Part shown: piece after piece, positions 23,101 to 34,800 of the stretch
Position numbering within the stretch: the first letter of the stretch is position 1
Layout: every line of letters starts with the position of its first letter
Origin: Naegleria gruberi
Taxonomy: Eukaryota
NCBI GenBank assembly: GCA_000004985.1
Contig: GG738853.1
Strand: one strand, 5' to 3'
DNA length: 64,000 nt
Translations under genes and position numbers: made by a program
The notes under the pieces: generated by a model
Seen by the model: only the letters and a program-made list of their open reading frames with translations
The model's database searches: none
What the model was told of the DNA's origin: nothing

Positions 23101-24065
23101 AATATCCATTTGATTCACATTTCCACTTTATGGCTACCAGACAAGCTGAGAGCAAAATTGTAAGAGATGAACAAAGGGATATTGTACTCAATGAGAATGA
23201 AATGATGTTCAGACTCTTACCATCTCAAAGAGTATCATTCTACCAAAAAATTATTAGTAATGTTAGTCAAAATATTTCAGTCTCAGATCCATTTGCCAAG
23301 GACAAGACACAATCAGGATTTTCTTATTTGGAAGGTTTTTCAGTTCTGCAAGCCATTGCTCTTCAAACTTCTCTCAAATGTACTACTCCTTATTCTGTAA
23401 ATTTGGAAGAAGTATCAATTGATTCCTCTGATAAGTTTATGTGTATGACTTCAACTGATTATACCTCTACTCTCTATGCAAACTCTTACAAGACCTATCT
23501 TGAAGATAAGGATGAACATAGTTCTTGTTTTGTAATTGTTCCAAGAGAGATTGGAAAGAATGTTCCTGTTGGAAATATTCGTATTGCACTTAAAAGAGCT
23601 GAACCAATTAATATTGATGAGATTGATCCAATACTTGTAGAGAAATTTAATTTAGCGAGAATTGAATATTCAACTCAACTTCCTCCTCTCAATATTATTG
23701 ATCCAGGTGTTACAGTAAGCTTTTGCTCACCTTTCGAAGCTTTTGTTGGTACTTCTATCAAATGTAGTTTAATTGTTGAGAACAATACACCACAAGTACA
23801 ACAAGTTCAATTATTCGTATCAGAAAATCCAACCTATCAACCATTCTTCTACTCTGGTACTACCAATTTGAGATTTTCTATTTTACCTTATCAAAGTAGA
23901 GAATTGGTTTATAATTTTGTTCCTATCATGACAGGATTAATTGAATTCCCAAAGTTTTCATTAGGAAATTTGAAAAAACAAGTTCACATCCTCAATGATG
24001 ATGAGAAATGGACAATCTACATTCATGAAAAGAATACATTGCCTGAAACTTTTAACATGCAATAA
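20130..24065 (+). CDS. trappc11: Trafficking protein particle complex subunit 11 (TRAPPC11 / Foie-gras-Gryzun family). Exons are 20130..22020, 22066..22776 and 22822..24065.
   Basis: GWFKKHQELIPSVCVIIVHW...GKNTKFVAIIVTKK and QNPGFYYQAAATHAKYRK match the TRAPPC11 N-terminal Foie-gras domain. Three ORF-track pieces join via a GTAAGT...CACAG intron (22021..22065) and a 45-nt GTAAGT...AAAG intron (22777..22821). The second junction is less certain. Confidence 0.7.
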
Positions 24066-24121
24066 ACCATCAATCATTTTGACCTTTAATTTAAAATCAA
24101 AAAAAAAGAAACTGAAAAAGA

Positions 24122-25423
24122 ATGAACACTCATTTCAATGATCTTTCCATTGTTTTTGATCAATCATCATCGGAATGTTTTCATTCAATTGACAATAATC
24201 AATTATTATCATCACCATCCACCACCAACTATGAAATGTTAAAAATCAAGATGAAACAAACAAAATATGAAACATTGGAAAATCAAGTAACAAATCTCTT
24301 TGAACAAAAAGAAATTGTCAAACAATTTTGGAAATTGGAAAGAGAATTTAAATATCTATCTCCCAAGGTACCCAATTATCGATCAATTTTATTACAGGTC
24401 ATTAATAGAAGTTCTGGAATGGTATTACAATATGCAACTAATGAATTGAAGAATGATATTCAGGTGGTGACAAGTGCCTTTATGAAAACTGCTCGTTCTA
24501 TTCAATTTGTTTCGAATAAGTATATTGTAATGAAACTTATAAAAGGGACAAGCTATGCTCCACACCGTTTACAATATTTAAGTGAAGAAATGGCAAGAGA
24601 TGATGAAATTATTCTTGCACTTATTTCACTTTCAAAAATTGGAACTGAAAAATTTATTGAACAACTAAAATTGGATTTTCACACAAATTTCAGAATTAAT
24701 CCAAATGTAATAATGAAATGTTTTTTACAATGCCATTGGATGATTAAATTTGCAGATGAATCACTAAGGGACAATGAAGAATTCATGCTAAAGGCAATGG
24801 AAACCTATCCTAAAACATTATACTACATTTCAGATAGATTGAAACTAAACAAGTCATTTATTCTCAAAGCTGTTAACACAAATGGAAGAGTTTATAATTT
24901 TCTTTCTCCTGAATTTCAAAATGATACTGAAATTATTTCAACAGCTGTGAAACGAAATGGATTTATTTTTGCCTCAATACCAAGAAAATTTCACTCCAAT
25001 AAGGAAATTTTATTGAGTGCCTTCATTGATGGATGTGACAGATATAATGGAAACAATTTTTACACAGTCAATGGTCAATATCGATTCATTTTTAAACAAG
25101 TTCCAAAGGCACTGAAAAGCGATAGAGAACTTGCATTGTCACTTGTTCAAAGATTTGGATATTCTATTTATTATTTGAGCAGAGATTTGATTAATGACAG
25201 AGAAATTGTGTTAAAAGCCATTGAAAATTGTTATTTCTCTATTATGGTAGTTTACAAACATATCTTTGTGTATAGAGATGATGAAATTATGAAATTGGCA
25301 GCAAGACAATATCAACCATCGTCATCATTATCACTACAACTTGATAGGAAATTAAGACGAGAAATTGAGGATGAAAAATATTCTAAACGATCTTCATTTT
25401 CATGGAACAAGTATCAGTACTAA
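24122..25423 (+). CDS. DUF4116 repeat protein.
   Basis: There are tandem repeats of about 30 aa of the form [ED]xxxLKAVxxNGxxLxxxSxELxNDxEIVxxA. Confidence 0.5.
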   Translation: MNTHFNDLSIVFDQSSSECFHSIDNNQLLSSPSTTNYEMLKIKMKQTKYETLENQVTNLFEQKEIVKQFWKLEREFKYLSPKVPNYRSILLQVINRSSGMVLQYATNELKNDIQVVTSAFMKTARSIQFVSNKYIVMKLIKGTSYAPHRLQYLSEEMARDDEIILALISLSKIGTEKFIEQLKLDFHTNFRINPNVIMKCFLQCHWMIKFADESLRDNEEFMLKAMETYPKTLYYISDRLKLNKSFILKAVNTNGRVYNFLSPEFQNDTEIISTAVKRNGFIFASIPRKFHSNKEILLSAFIDGCDRYNGNNFYTVNGQYRFIFKQVPKALKSDRELALSLVQRFGYSIYYLSRDLINDREIVLKAIENCYFSIMVVYKHIFVYRDDEIMKLAARQYQPSSSLSLQLDRKLRREIEDEKYSKRSSFSWNKYQY

Positions 25424-25548
25424 GTGAAAATTCGCAATTTATACTTTTTCATAGATTTTTCATAGAGAATGAATCTATGTTATTAATGAGGTAGAAAATC
25501 TCAATAATAAAAAATCCAATTTTTCAATTATTTTTTCTTTAAAAAAAA

Positions 25549-26127
25549 ATGTCAAAACATCGATGGAAATGTGATTTACTTTTGTTATTGTTTATTATTG
25601 TAATTATTGTTATTGGATTGAGTTCAATTCCGATGTGGATTTTTTATTCGAAAGTTGATTCTCAAGCAATGAAAATTCTAAATGATGAAAATTTGTTAAT
25701 TGATGCACTAGTTGAAAATGGAACATTTAATTGTGGAATGGATGTGAATTTATTGGAATATTGCTTTCCACTTGTTAGAATGAATAATTTATTTCCTTTT
25801 CGAATTTCTAATAATTTATTAGAATCTAATTATACCATATTGAGAAGTACTACATTTTACACCTATAAAATACCTCAAAATGGACAATTAATTCAATTAT
25901 ATATTGATAGTAATTCAACGCCTGCAACTTCATTATTTATTACATTTGATAAGAGTGAAAATTTCACAAGTTTACAATTATTTCAAATTTACAATTCTCT
26001 AAAATGGGAAGGAAATGTTTTATTTTTTATTGCATGCATTGCTTGTCTGATTGCATTTGTTGGTTGTTGTGGAGGAAGTGTATGGACTATTTATTATTGT
26101 TGTAATTTGAGAGGTCAATTAAGTTAA
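25549..26127 (+). CDS. Small membrane protein with an N-terminal TM helix and a Cys-rich C-terminal TM helix.
   Basis: It is a 192-aa ORF with an A-rich ATG context and hydrophobic segments at both ends (CCGGSVWTIYYCC). Confidence 0.35.
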   Translation: MSKHRWKCDLLLLLFIIVIIVIGLSSIPMWIFYSKVDSQAMKILNDENLLIDALVENGTFNCGMDVNLLEYCFPLVRMNNLFPFRISNNLLESNYTILRSTTFYTYKIPQNGQLIQLYIDSNSTPATSLFITFDKSENFTSLQLFQIYNSLKWEGNVLFFIACIACLIAFVGCCGGSVWTIYYCCNLRGQLS

Positions 26128-26352
26128 TATTGATTTAATGAGTTTGATTATACTTTGAAAATCCAGTGGAAGTTTCCGTTCAAGAAGATCAAAATTCTTG
26201 ACAGACCTTGTAGCTATTTCAAGTCGAATGTGATCGATACAGATGATAATTATCAATTTTATTAAGGAATGGTTGACAACTCTTTAACAGAAAATAAATA
26301 ATTAGTAAGCTAGGACCTTAGTGCTTCATATTTTTTGATCATCTTTCAAGAA

Positions 26353-26423
26353 GCATTAGTAGTGTAACGGTATCATACCAGCCTTCCAAGCTGGTGACCC
26401 GGGTTCGACTCCCGGCTAATGCA
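26353..26423 (+). tRNA. tRNA-Gly (UCC).
   Basis: The sequence is GCATTAGTAGTGTAACGGTATCATACCAGCCTTCCAAGCTGGTGACCCGGGTTCGACTCCCGGCTAATGCA, 71 nt, with anticodon loop CTTCCAA. Confidence 0.85.
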
Positions 26424-27026
26424 ATTCAATTTTACAGTTGATAGAAATAAGTTTTTCTCTTTTTTCATTAATTAAAACCTTAAACAGCAGTTCAAAATGA
26501 AATTAATAAAGTGCAAATTGAATAAATTGCTATTATTTGATCCTTTGAAAATTGTAACTGCTCAGAACCACTTGTAGATTCCAAAGTTCATTAAATAATT
26601 AACAGAATTGACTTGTTGAGATTTCTTGTTCTCTAACCAACAAGAAATCTCAGCTACTTAATCTTCACAAAAGAAGAATAAGAAGAATAAGAAAATTATG
26701 AAGGAATTTGTGAGAAAAAACATGTAAACAAATGGTTTCATCTATTGACGAGGATGAGTATGAACAATATTCAATCAATTCTAAATTCTAAATATTTAAT
26801 AAATTGTTTAACGAAATGGATTGATTGTCTGTTGATGGTTTTTGGAGTGCATGAGAGGATTTACACCAGCTGAGCTCTATCTATCTCTTGGATTATTAAG
26901 GCGAGGAATCTACTAACCAATACCCTCAGAAATGGTTTCCAACAACTTGTAAAAAGCACTAATCAATCTTCAAGAAACGGTGCCATTCTTAAAGACATGT
27001 TGATATCAGCTAAACTAAAATTGAAT

Positions 27027-27097
27027 TGCATTAGCCGGGAGTCGAACCCGGGTCACCAGCTTGGAAGGCTGGTATGATACCGTTACACTACTAATGC
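27027..27097 (-). tRNA. tRNA-Gly (UCC), an inverted duplicate of 26353..26423.
   Basis: It is the exact reverse complement of the first copy, and the flanks are also mirrored. Confidence 0.85.
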
Positions 27098-27737
27098 TTC
27101 TTGTAAGATGATCAAAAAATATGAACCACCAAGTGGTAGCCATGATAATTTTCATGGAAACAATTATATTTTTTGGTAATTAATTCGATATCCAATACTT
27201 GAACATAGAAATGCGTATGGAACTAATAATTATAATTAATGTTTCAATAAAATATACTTGCTTCCGTATAACATGTCAGATTCCTTTGTTGTCACAGATC
27301 TAACATGTAAAGAAAGATACAAGCAGAGCTGAAAATTACCTTTTTTGTTGTTCTTTCAAAGCGTACAAATGAAATTGAAACTTCATGGGTGAAAAAATTT
27401 TACTGTTTTGCATTCATTCTTTGTTCTAACAGTAAAGATTCCAATAGGTAAATTAACATGTCAATATTGTTGCAATGTGTTGTTATCACCTGGCATAACA
27501 ATATCTGATATTAAATCCATTCTTATGACCATGTTCGTGATGTAAGCTTCAAATGTCATTGTACAAAATTAATCTTGTCATTCCAATTCCAACCATTGAA
27601 CCATATCATGTAAGTTTTAGTTGATTCACAACCTCCCAAAACGAAAGAAATCTCCAAATAATGTTCCATCGCCATTGACAAAAATAGAGCTATTTCGAAG
27701 AGCTTGAAAGATTACTCTCATACAGTTTCGAATAGGA

Positions 27738-28031
27738 TTGCTGCACAGCAAAACTATTGCACAACAAACTTCTTTGCAAAAAAGTATGACTAATAAGCAC
27801 ACAACCAACAACTCTTCTGATTCTCAATTATTTTCCTCATCAATCCCACCTATTCACTTCATTCCACCTACTACTACTGTCATCATTAATACAACTAATG
27901 TAATAACAAACGCAGCGAATGTGAATAATAATAATATGGTAAATGTTGATTTGCTTCTTTCTAATGAGAGTGCCACCAGAAACATTGGTAATTTAGTTCC
28001 GCATGAATTAAATAATTTTTTTCCAATGTGA
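27738..28031 (+). CDS. Hypothetical S/T/N-rich small protein of 97 aa. This is a doubtful call.
   Basis: It is an isolated ORF in an otherwise gene-poor stretch with no recognisable domain. Confidence 0.15.
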   Translation: MLHSKTIAQQTSLQKSMTNKHTTNNSSDSQLFSSSIPPIHFIPPTTTVIINTTNVITNAANVNNNNMVNVDLLLSNESATRNIGNLVPHELNNFFPM

Positions 28032-28237
28032 TGATTAATTATGATGACCAATGGAGTCCAGCCTTGCCAATCACATCTGAAAGCCTTGAAGCATACAGAC
28101 AAATGTAAATGTGTATATTATAGGATGCGTGAGAATATCGTACGCATATGTTTCTGCTTTTTTGAATACTAATAATATTCATCAAATGTTAAATTTCTTC
28201 TCGAGATGATGGAAGATAAAACTCCCTTTGTAATATT

Positions 28238-28403
28238 ACTCTCTCAACATGTACTTCTAATAAAGTAAACCAAATTACTTTAAACTCTTCAATGTAGTAG
28301 ATCCCAAACATCTTGTTGTACAACTTTTAATATTACACACTCTCTCAACATGTATTTCTAATAAAGTAAAAAACCAAATTACTTTAAACTCTTCAATGTA
28401 GTA
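28238..28403. repeat. Two copies of a direct repeat of about 63 bp (28238..28300 and 28338..28403), 37 bp apart.
   Basis: The first copy is ctctcaacatgtaCttctaataaagtaaaccaaattactttaaactcttcaatgtagtag and the second is ...catgtaTttctaataaagtaaaaaaccaaattactttaaactcttcaatgtagtag. Confidence 0.6.
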
Positions 28404-28774
28404 GAGGTAATAGTTAATTACTGGCATTCAACTTATAGTAGTAGATGAATGGTATTATGATGATACTGGAGAGGGTTAGAATCGGTTAGTAGAGAGAATT
28501 GCATTTTGAATAGATTCTATCAAAAATGATAACATAACATGTTTACATTTTGTTTGAATTTTTTTGTCGTCCCAAAACGTCCTGAAAAATATTTTAATGA
28601 AACGTTTACAATTGAATTTCTGTTCCAATTTGGACTATGTGTTTCCAAATCTATTAATAAAATCATATTGTAAAAATCTAGAATACTGTATTGTAATAGT
28701 ACTCTTAACAAATTCCTTAACTTTCTTTAAATAGAGTGAAATAAAAAGATGAATTAAGATTTTTCTAAAAAAAA

Positions 28775-29432
28775 ATGCTCAACAATTCATCATCAGCATT
28801 GTCATCATTAAATTTATCAAGGCTTCTTTTAATAATAGGATTTGCAAGTTTTTATTGCTTGTTTGTTTATTGTGATTTTCCCGTTGATGTTAAAGAATTA
28901 AATATTAAAAATATATATGCAGATGATTCAGTGGATTGTAACGAATTTGATTATTATTATTTCAATGTTCCGAAGGATTTTAAAGTACAACGATTTTATT
29001 TATCATTCCGTTTTACAAATGATGATGAAGATAAGAGTGATAAACCTGCTCTAGCAATTTATTTTAAAATAGGAAAATTAGCAAATGAAACTGATTATGA
29101 TGCAATGACAAATTCACCTGATATTCCAATTGCTTTTGATAAAATTCCACCTGATACTAATTGTTATTTAACTATTGCAGGTAAAGGAATGTGTAAACAA
29201 GGATTTGAAACTACGAATCATTATTATTTTAAAGGATATTTGGATAAACAAGGACCTATTCCAGAGTAAGTTTTTTTTAATGAGAATTAATGAAAAATTG
29301 AAATGTGAAAGTTGGGCATTATTTGTAATTATTATTGGAGGTTCAATTATACTTTGCATTTCTTTGGTTGCTTGTGTATCTGCCTATAGATATTATCAAT
29401 TTAAGAGAAGACATTATGAAGTTTTGGAATAA
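28775..29432 (+). CDS. Type I membrane protein with a signal peptide, an ectodomain of about 140 aa and a C-terminal TM plus basic tail. Exon 1 is 28775..29265 and exon 2 is 29312..29432.
   Basis: The donor is GTAAGT at 29266 and the acceptor is AG at 29310-29311. The junction ...QGPIPD|WALFVIIIGGSIILC... gives a hydrophobic helix followed by RYYQFKRRHYEVLE. Confidence 0.5.
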
Positions 29433-30250
29433 GAATTATTGAAAAATATAATTGAGGATTCTAAATGAGAGCGAGCTGTTGTTTACAAGATGTGATGTTG
29501 TGAAACTAAAAGAGTAAAGTTTATTGACATTAAGCCAACATTATTATTACATACTTTGTTGATCTACCATCAGTTGCAAATTGTAAAAAATCGTAGTGGA
29601 AAATAGTCTGCAGAAACACAAAAAAAAACGAACGTACGAATATATTGATGAACATTCTTACAACACCATCAGTAACGTGGAGATAAATAATAGTTTAAAC
29701 ACCAAACATAAGAAGGGCAATAAGTAAACAACTGGTGGTCCAAAACACCCATTTTTTTATCTGACTAAAGGGGAGATGGATGCAATTAGTAAAGCTGTGG
29801 ATAGTGAAAAGCAGAAGTTGTATCAACAAACAACATTTTAAAATGTAACAACGATAGAAGGATCCACAAGTTTATCAATCATTAAAAGAAATCATCCAAA
29901 TCTCTGTCCTCCCTTTCTTGTTCTTAATCACTATTTTTTTACAAACGAGTTTAGTCTAGACTGCAAAAACCAGACTGCCAATTGGTCACAAAACATTTAA
30001 CAGTATTCTCTCATGAAATTCGAATACATGAATTAAATGAAATGGTTCAGAAAGATATGAATGAAATGATTGATAATGAGAATACTTTGGAAAGCTGAGT
30101 TGATATTTGAATAGTAAATTGAATCAGTTTTCTATCCAAATTTGGAACCTTACATCCAACTATTTTCAGCTTGTCCCAAATGAAAAACAATTCGAAATGG
30201 TTTAAATTAGCACCATCTGGTTGAACTATCCAATCCAACAAAAACAAAAA

Positions 30251-31222
30251 ATGAAAGCAAATCTAATCTTTTCAATTGCAATTCTACTCTTGCTTGCAAT
30301 CCTCTCAGTTCAAGCAAGTGATAGCTATCAAACTAAACCTCCAGTTGTCGTAGTTGACAAGTATCACAAGCCAAAGGTTTGTAAGAGAAAATGCTTAAAG
30401 CATAAGTGGATTAAGAAGTGTTTGAAACATAAACTCGTTGGTCAAAAGAAGGTCTGTGATCAATATGCAATTGTCGGTGCTGGCAAATGTCTCAAACATA
30501 AGAAATATTCCAAATGTGACAAGTACAGTAAGCCAACAAAGAAGTGTGTCTTGCATGCATACAAGATTGTTGGATGTGCCAAGAAGAAGTACTGGAAAGT
30601 TTGCGATTCTTATGGAACTAAGAAGATTTGCATCAAGAAGGGTTTCAAGAAGTTCTGTGCCAAGTACAAGATTATCAACAAGTGTTTCAAGAAGGGTTTC
30701 AAGAAGGTCTGTAAGAAATTCAAGAAGGTTCCAATCAAGAAGTGTGAAAAGAAGAAGATCTGTGACAAGTACACTGTTGATTCTTACAATAAGAAGGTTG
30801 CCAAATGTAGATATGTTAAAAAGTGCAAGATTGTCTCCTGGGCAAAGAAATGTGCCAAGTATAAGAAGGTTAAATACTGTAAGGAAAGAAAATCTTTCAA
30901 GAAGTGTTGTCTCATTAAGAAGAAATTCTTCTGTGCCAAGCATAAGACCATCAAGTTCTGTAAACACAAGAAGACTCTCTCCAAATGTGTCAAATATAAC
31001 AAGAAGAAGTATTGTGCCAAGTCAATTGTCATTCCACCAAGATGTATCAAGAAGAAGTATTATAAGAAGTGTGTGAAACGTTCAAAGGGAAAGAAGATTT
31101 GTAAGAAATTCAAATTAGTTGGTGGAAAGAAGAAGTGTTGCAAGTCAATTAAGAAGAAGATTTGTATCAAGAGAAAGACATGTAAGAAGCCAACAAAACC
31201 AATCGTCAAACCATCCTTGTAA
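30251..31222 (+). CDS. Secreted, extremely lysine- and cysteine-rich polycationic protein of about 320 aa with Lys near 35% and Cys near 13%. Function is unknown.
   Basis: The signal peptide is MKANLIFSIAILLLLAILSVQA. The mature part is built from degenerate K-x-C modules (CLKHKWIKKCLKHK..., KKVCKKFKKVPIKKCEKKKICDKY...). Codons are strongly biased to AAG/TGT, unlike the neighbouring genes, and local GC is elevated. Confidence 0.6.
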   Translation: MKANLIFSIAILLLLAILSVQASDSYQTKPPVVVVDKYHKPKVCKRKCLKHKWIKKCLKHKLVGQKKVCDQYAIVGAGKCLKHKKYSKCDKYSKPTKKCVLHAYKIVGCAKKKYWKVCDSYGTKKICIKKGFKKFCAKYKIINKCFKKGFKKVCKKFKKVPIKKCEKKKICDKYTVDSYNKKVAKCRYVKKCKIVSWAKKCAKYKKVKYCKERKSFKKCCLIKKKFFCAKHKTIKFCKHKKTLSKCVKYNKKKYCAKSIVIPPRCIKKKYYKKCVKRSKGKKICKKFKLVGGKKKCCKSIKKKICIKRKTCKKPTKPIVKPSL

Positions 31223-31312
31223 AATAGTTGACAAATTTTTCTCTAATTACCTGTAAAATAACAAGAGAATTAATAAAGTATTGAACTTTAACAAAATTCA
31301 ATGCAAAATATC

Positions 31313-31384
31313 CTCCCATGCCGGGAATTGAACCCGGACCTCCTGGGTGAAAGCCAGGTATCCTAGCCATTGGACTACACGGGA
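31313..31384 (-). tRNA. tRNA-Glu (UUC).
   Basis: The reverse complement is TCCCGTGTAGTCCAATGGCTAGGATACCTGGCTTTCACCCAGGAGGTCCGGGTTCAATTCCCGGCATGGGAG, 72 nt, with anticodon loop CTTTCAC. It sits 90 bp downstream of the K/C-rich gene. Confidence 0.85.
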
Positions 31385-31837
31385 TCTCATTCATGATGAA
31401 AACATTCCCATTTCATAGATAAAACACACAAATTGACCATAATCTGTTGGCACTTGCAGTGAACAACCACTCCCAGTTGCCATCAAGACTGGTTGTAGTT
31501 TCCACTTGATTTTAAATCTTGTTCTCTTAGTATTTACGTTGTACATCGGAGCCTTCATACACGCTCTTTATGTTATTTTAATGAAGGATTAAATAAATTG
31601 ATTTTATTAACATCTAGACTTGTCCCTAGTTGTAAAATGATATACGAGTTAGGCATAGGGCAAGGTTGTGAACATTGTTATGTCCGTGATGATTCGGTCC
31701 TTTTTATTAGATCCGTCATCAAAATAACCATGTCAATAACCATCTTTTTGACATGTTCAAGTTGTTGGTTGGTTACAAACACACACTCATTTAGTCAGTT
31801 TTCAGCAATCAATGAAAAACTATCATCTTTAAAAAAA

Positions 31838-34800
31838 ATGAAAGATAATACTTGGTTCACAACAAGTCTTATCATTCAACTCTTTATATTGTTATTAATA
31901 TGTGTCAGTAGTAGTGATGTAATAACATCAGTCAATGGTCAAACAATTCAAGATGATATTTATATTGTTCCAATTCCAAAAGTAGTAACACCTGAATATG
32001 GATCACTTTCATTAACCCCACAAGTTTATTATTTTAATTCATCATATTCATCCAGTTCATTACAATATTTATATTCCATGTCAGATGGTTCAACATTGAA
32101 AAGTGGCATGTCATTCACATCAAATGGTTTATTTACATTTTATCCAAATCCATCACAAATTGGTCAATTTAATATATTAAGAAATGTATCATATTATAAT
32201 AGTGATAACAAGTTTACAATAATTTCACACACCATTACAATTCAAGTAATTTCATCACCTTCCAATAATGGTAATCAATTACAATTATTATTTTCAGATA
32301 ATTTCACATTTAATTTATCAAATTGGAATTTAATTGATGGAACAATGAAATTACAATCAAATCAATTAAATTTATTCCAAAATAATACAATTTTAACAAG
32401 TGTTAAATATTTTGATATTTTTAATAATAATAATAATGGTTTAACTTTTACTTTTAATTTATTAACTTCATGGACTTCTACAAGAGGTATATTACTATAT
32501 ATAGATAAATTGAATTATTATGAAATTAATTTATCAAATTCACCTTTAACTATTAAACGTTATTTAAATGGTGAATTAACAATTGTATTACAAAGTACTA
32601 AATTATTACAAGTTCATACTTCAAATTATTATTCAAGTTATAAATTATTTTTACAATTTACTAAAAATGGAATTTTAATCAATTTGGCTAAAATTGGAAC
32701 ATTATCAAGTGATTATTATTTAAATGTAATTGATAATTTTACTAATATGGAATTATTTAAAAATATTAAATTTGGATTTTTTGATAAAAGTGCATCTTCA
32801 CCAACTGTGTCCACTTTTAAAGTTTTACAATTTCAAGTTTTTAATGGAAAATTAATTCACACCAGACAAGCACAAACTTATCATGTTGATGCAACTAATG
32901 GAAATGATTTAAATGATGGGTTAACAAAATCAACTGCTTTAAAAACATTAAATACAGCTCAATATCAATTATTACCTGATGATACTTTACTAGTTTATGA
33001 TTCTATTTATAGAGAAAGTTTCCAAATTAATAGAGAAGCATCAATTTATCATCCAATTACAATTAAAGCAGTTAATCAACCAACTACTACAACTACCACA
33101 TTTACAACAACACCATATACTCATACATCAATTATTGATGGTTCACTTGTATTAGATAATTCTAAATTAACTAAAATTAGTAATAGTAACATTTATCAAA
33201 CCTATATTAAATTTACACCAGATGTAGTTTATTTAAATGGTGTGAAAATGAGTTTAGCAATGAAACCACTTCCAGCTGATTTACAAGATGAATATTTTAC
33301 AGATAATTATATTCATCCATTAAATAATTCAAAATTTCATCTGATAATTTATTAATTTATTTAAAATTAGATGAAATGTTTAAATATGATTCATTTGGTA
33401 ATAGAGTTTCAGATAATTATTGGAATGGTGCTGATTTATATCATTATTATTATGGAGCTAATATTGTTTTCACACGTAGAATTTTATCTTACAATGCATC
33501 AACCAATACTATTGGAATGGAATATAGAGATTCTATATGGGGACAATTAATTATTTCAACAAGTGATTTCTATGCTATTGGTAATCATGTTGGTTGTTTT
33601 TCACAAGCTAATCAATATGTTTCCTCTAATAATCAAATATCAGTTTCATTGAGTAGTGATCCATATTATATTCAATCTAATTCTCTATTATTAGAAGTAT
33701 CATCTCTCTCGAATGGTATTAAATTTACAAATGGAATGGAAGGTATTAGAGTTCAAGGATTAATGATTAGAAAATTCACAAGTGATGGAATTCAATGTTC
33801 TTCTCAATGTAATAATATTGTTCAACTAAATATAATGGTGGATCAGGTGTCAGTTTCACATCCTCTCAAAACATACTCATTGATGGAGGTGAACATTCAC
33901 AAAATTTCAATAATGGAATTAATTTTGGAGGTGGAATGAAAGATTCAACTATTGAAAATTCCTACGTTCATGAAAATGTCAATAATGGTATTTGGGTAGG
34001 TAATGGTGGTTCCAATCTATTCTATTGTTGGAATATTCTATTAAAATCTAATAAGGTTGGACCACATTTTAGTCAACGTCTCCATCCAGATAATATTCAA
34101 TTAGCTAGTTCACATAATGTAACATTAGATTCTAATATTCTCATTCAATCAGGTGGTGATCAAAATATGTGGATGGAACAAAATGGTCTCGTCACATTTA
34201 AAAGAAATATTTTCATTAATGGACCACTTGGTTTAAATCATGCATTGAATTTAGTATTAATTAATAATATATTTTATCAATCATGGATGAGATATTCATT
34301 TAAATTTGAAAATTATGTTACTTATAGTTCACTTGTTGGTTTACAAAGTGTTTTAGATTGGAATCAAATGTTTAATAGTTTAAATAGTAGTACTACTACC
34401 ATTAATGGAAATGATTTACCTAATATACTTGTTTGGAAAGATTTAAATTTACAAATATCAAATAGAATTAAATCATATTCATCTTTTAATTTATTAACTA
34501 ATTCAGATAAAAATGATTTAATTAATCATTTAAATAATATTATTAATAATACTTTATTTATGAAAGAACATAAAGATTTAGTATTACCTTTATTAGGAAA
34601 ATCAAATGTTGCATATCCATATTGGACTGCAATTACTAAACGTGGATTATTAGATAATTCAACAGGTCAATTCAATTTAATGACAAGTGACATTTCAATC
34701 ATTGAAGAAGTTAGAGGTTTAACACGTGCTATTTTAGATGAATTAGTTTTTGATGGAATTTTATCAAAATCTTTAATGACATTTTATCCAAGAATTGTTT

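Larger units (their letters stand above)
26318..27130. repeat. Inverted repeat with arms of about 120 bp (26318..26440 and 27010..27130), each carrying a tRNA-Gly(UCC), in convergent orientation around a spacer of about 570 bp.
   Basis: The 5' flanks match (catattttttgatcatcttTcaagaa versus ...cttAcaagaa), as do the 3' flanks (attcaattttaCag versus attcaattttag). The spacer holds a 13-bp perfect hairpin, gagatttcttgtt/aacaagaaatctc, at 26626..26660. Confidence 0.7.

Noticed and set aside
26840-26900. tRNA-like D-arm sequence (GAGCTCAGCTGGT) in the spacer between the tRNA-Gly genes.
   Set aside because: No complete cloverleaf or anticodon arm could be built, so it may be a tRNA fragment at most.
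28030-28085. Possible box C/D snoRNA (ATGATGA ... CTGA about 40 nt apart).
   Set aside because: The spacing is too short and there is no terminal stem or C'/D' boxes, so it is likely a chance match.
30395-31076. Long ORFs on both strands inside the K/C-rich gene (30395..30967 minus and 30438..31076 plus).
   Set aside because: They are by-products of the AAG/TGT-rich repeat. Their translations are leucine/valine or serine/arginine low complexity with no start context.
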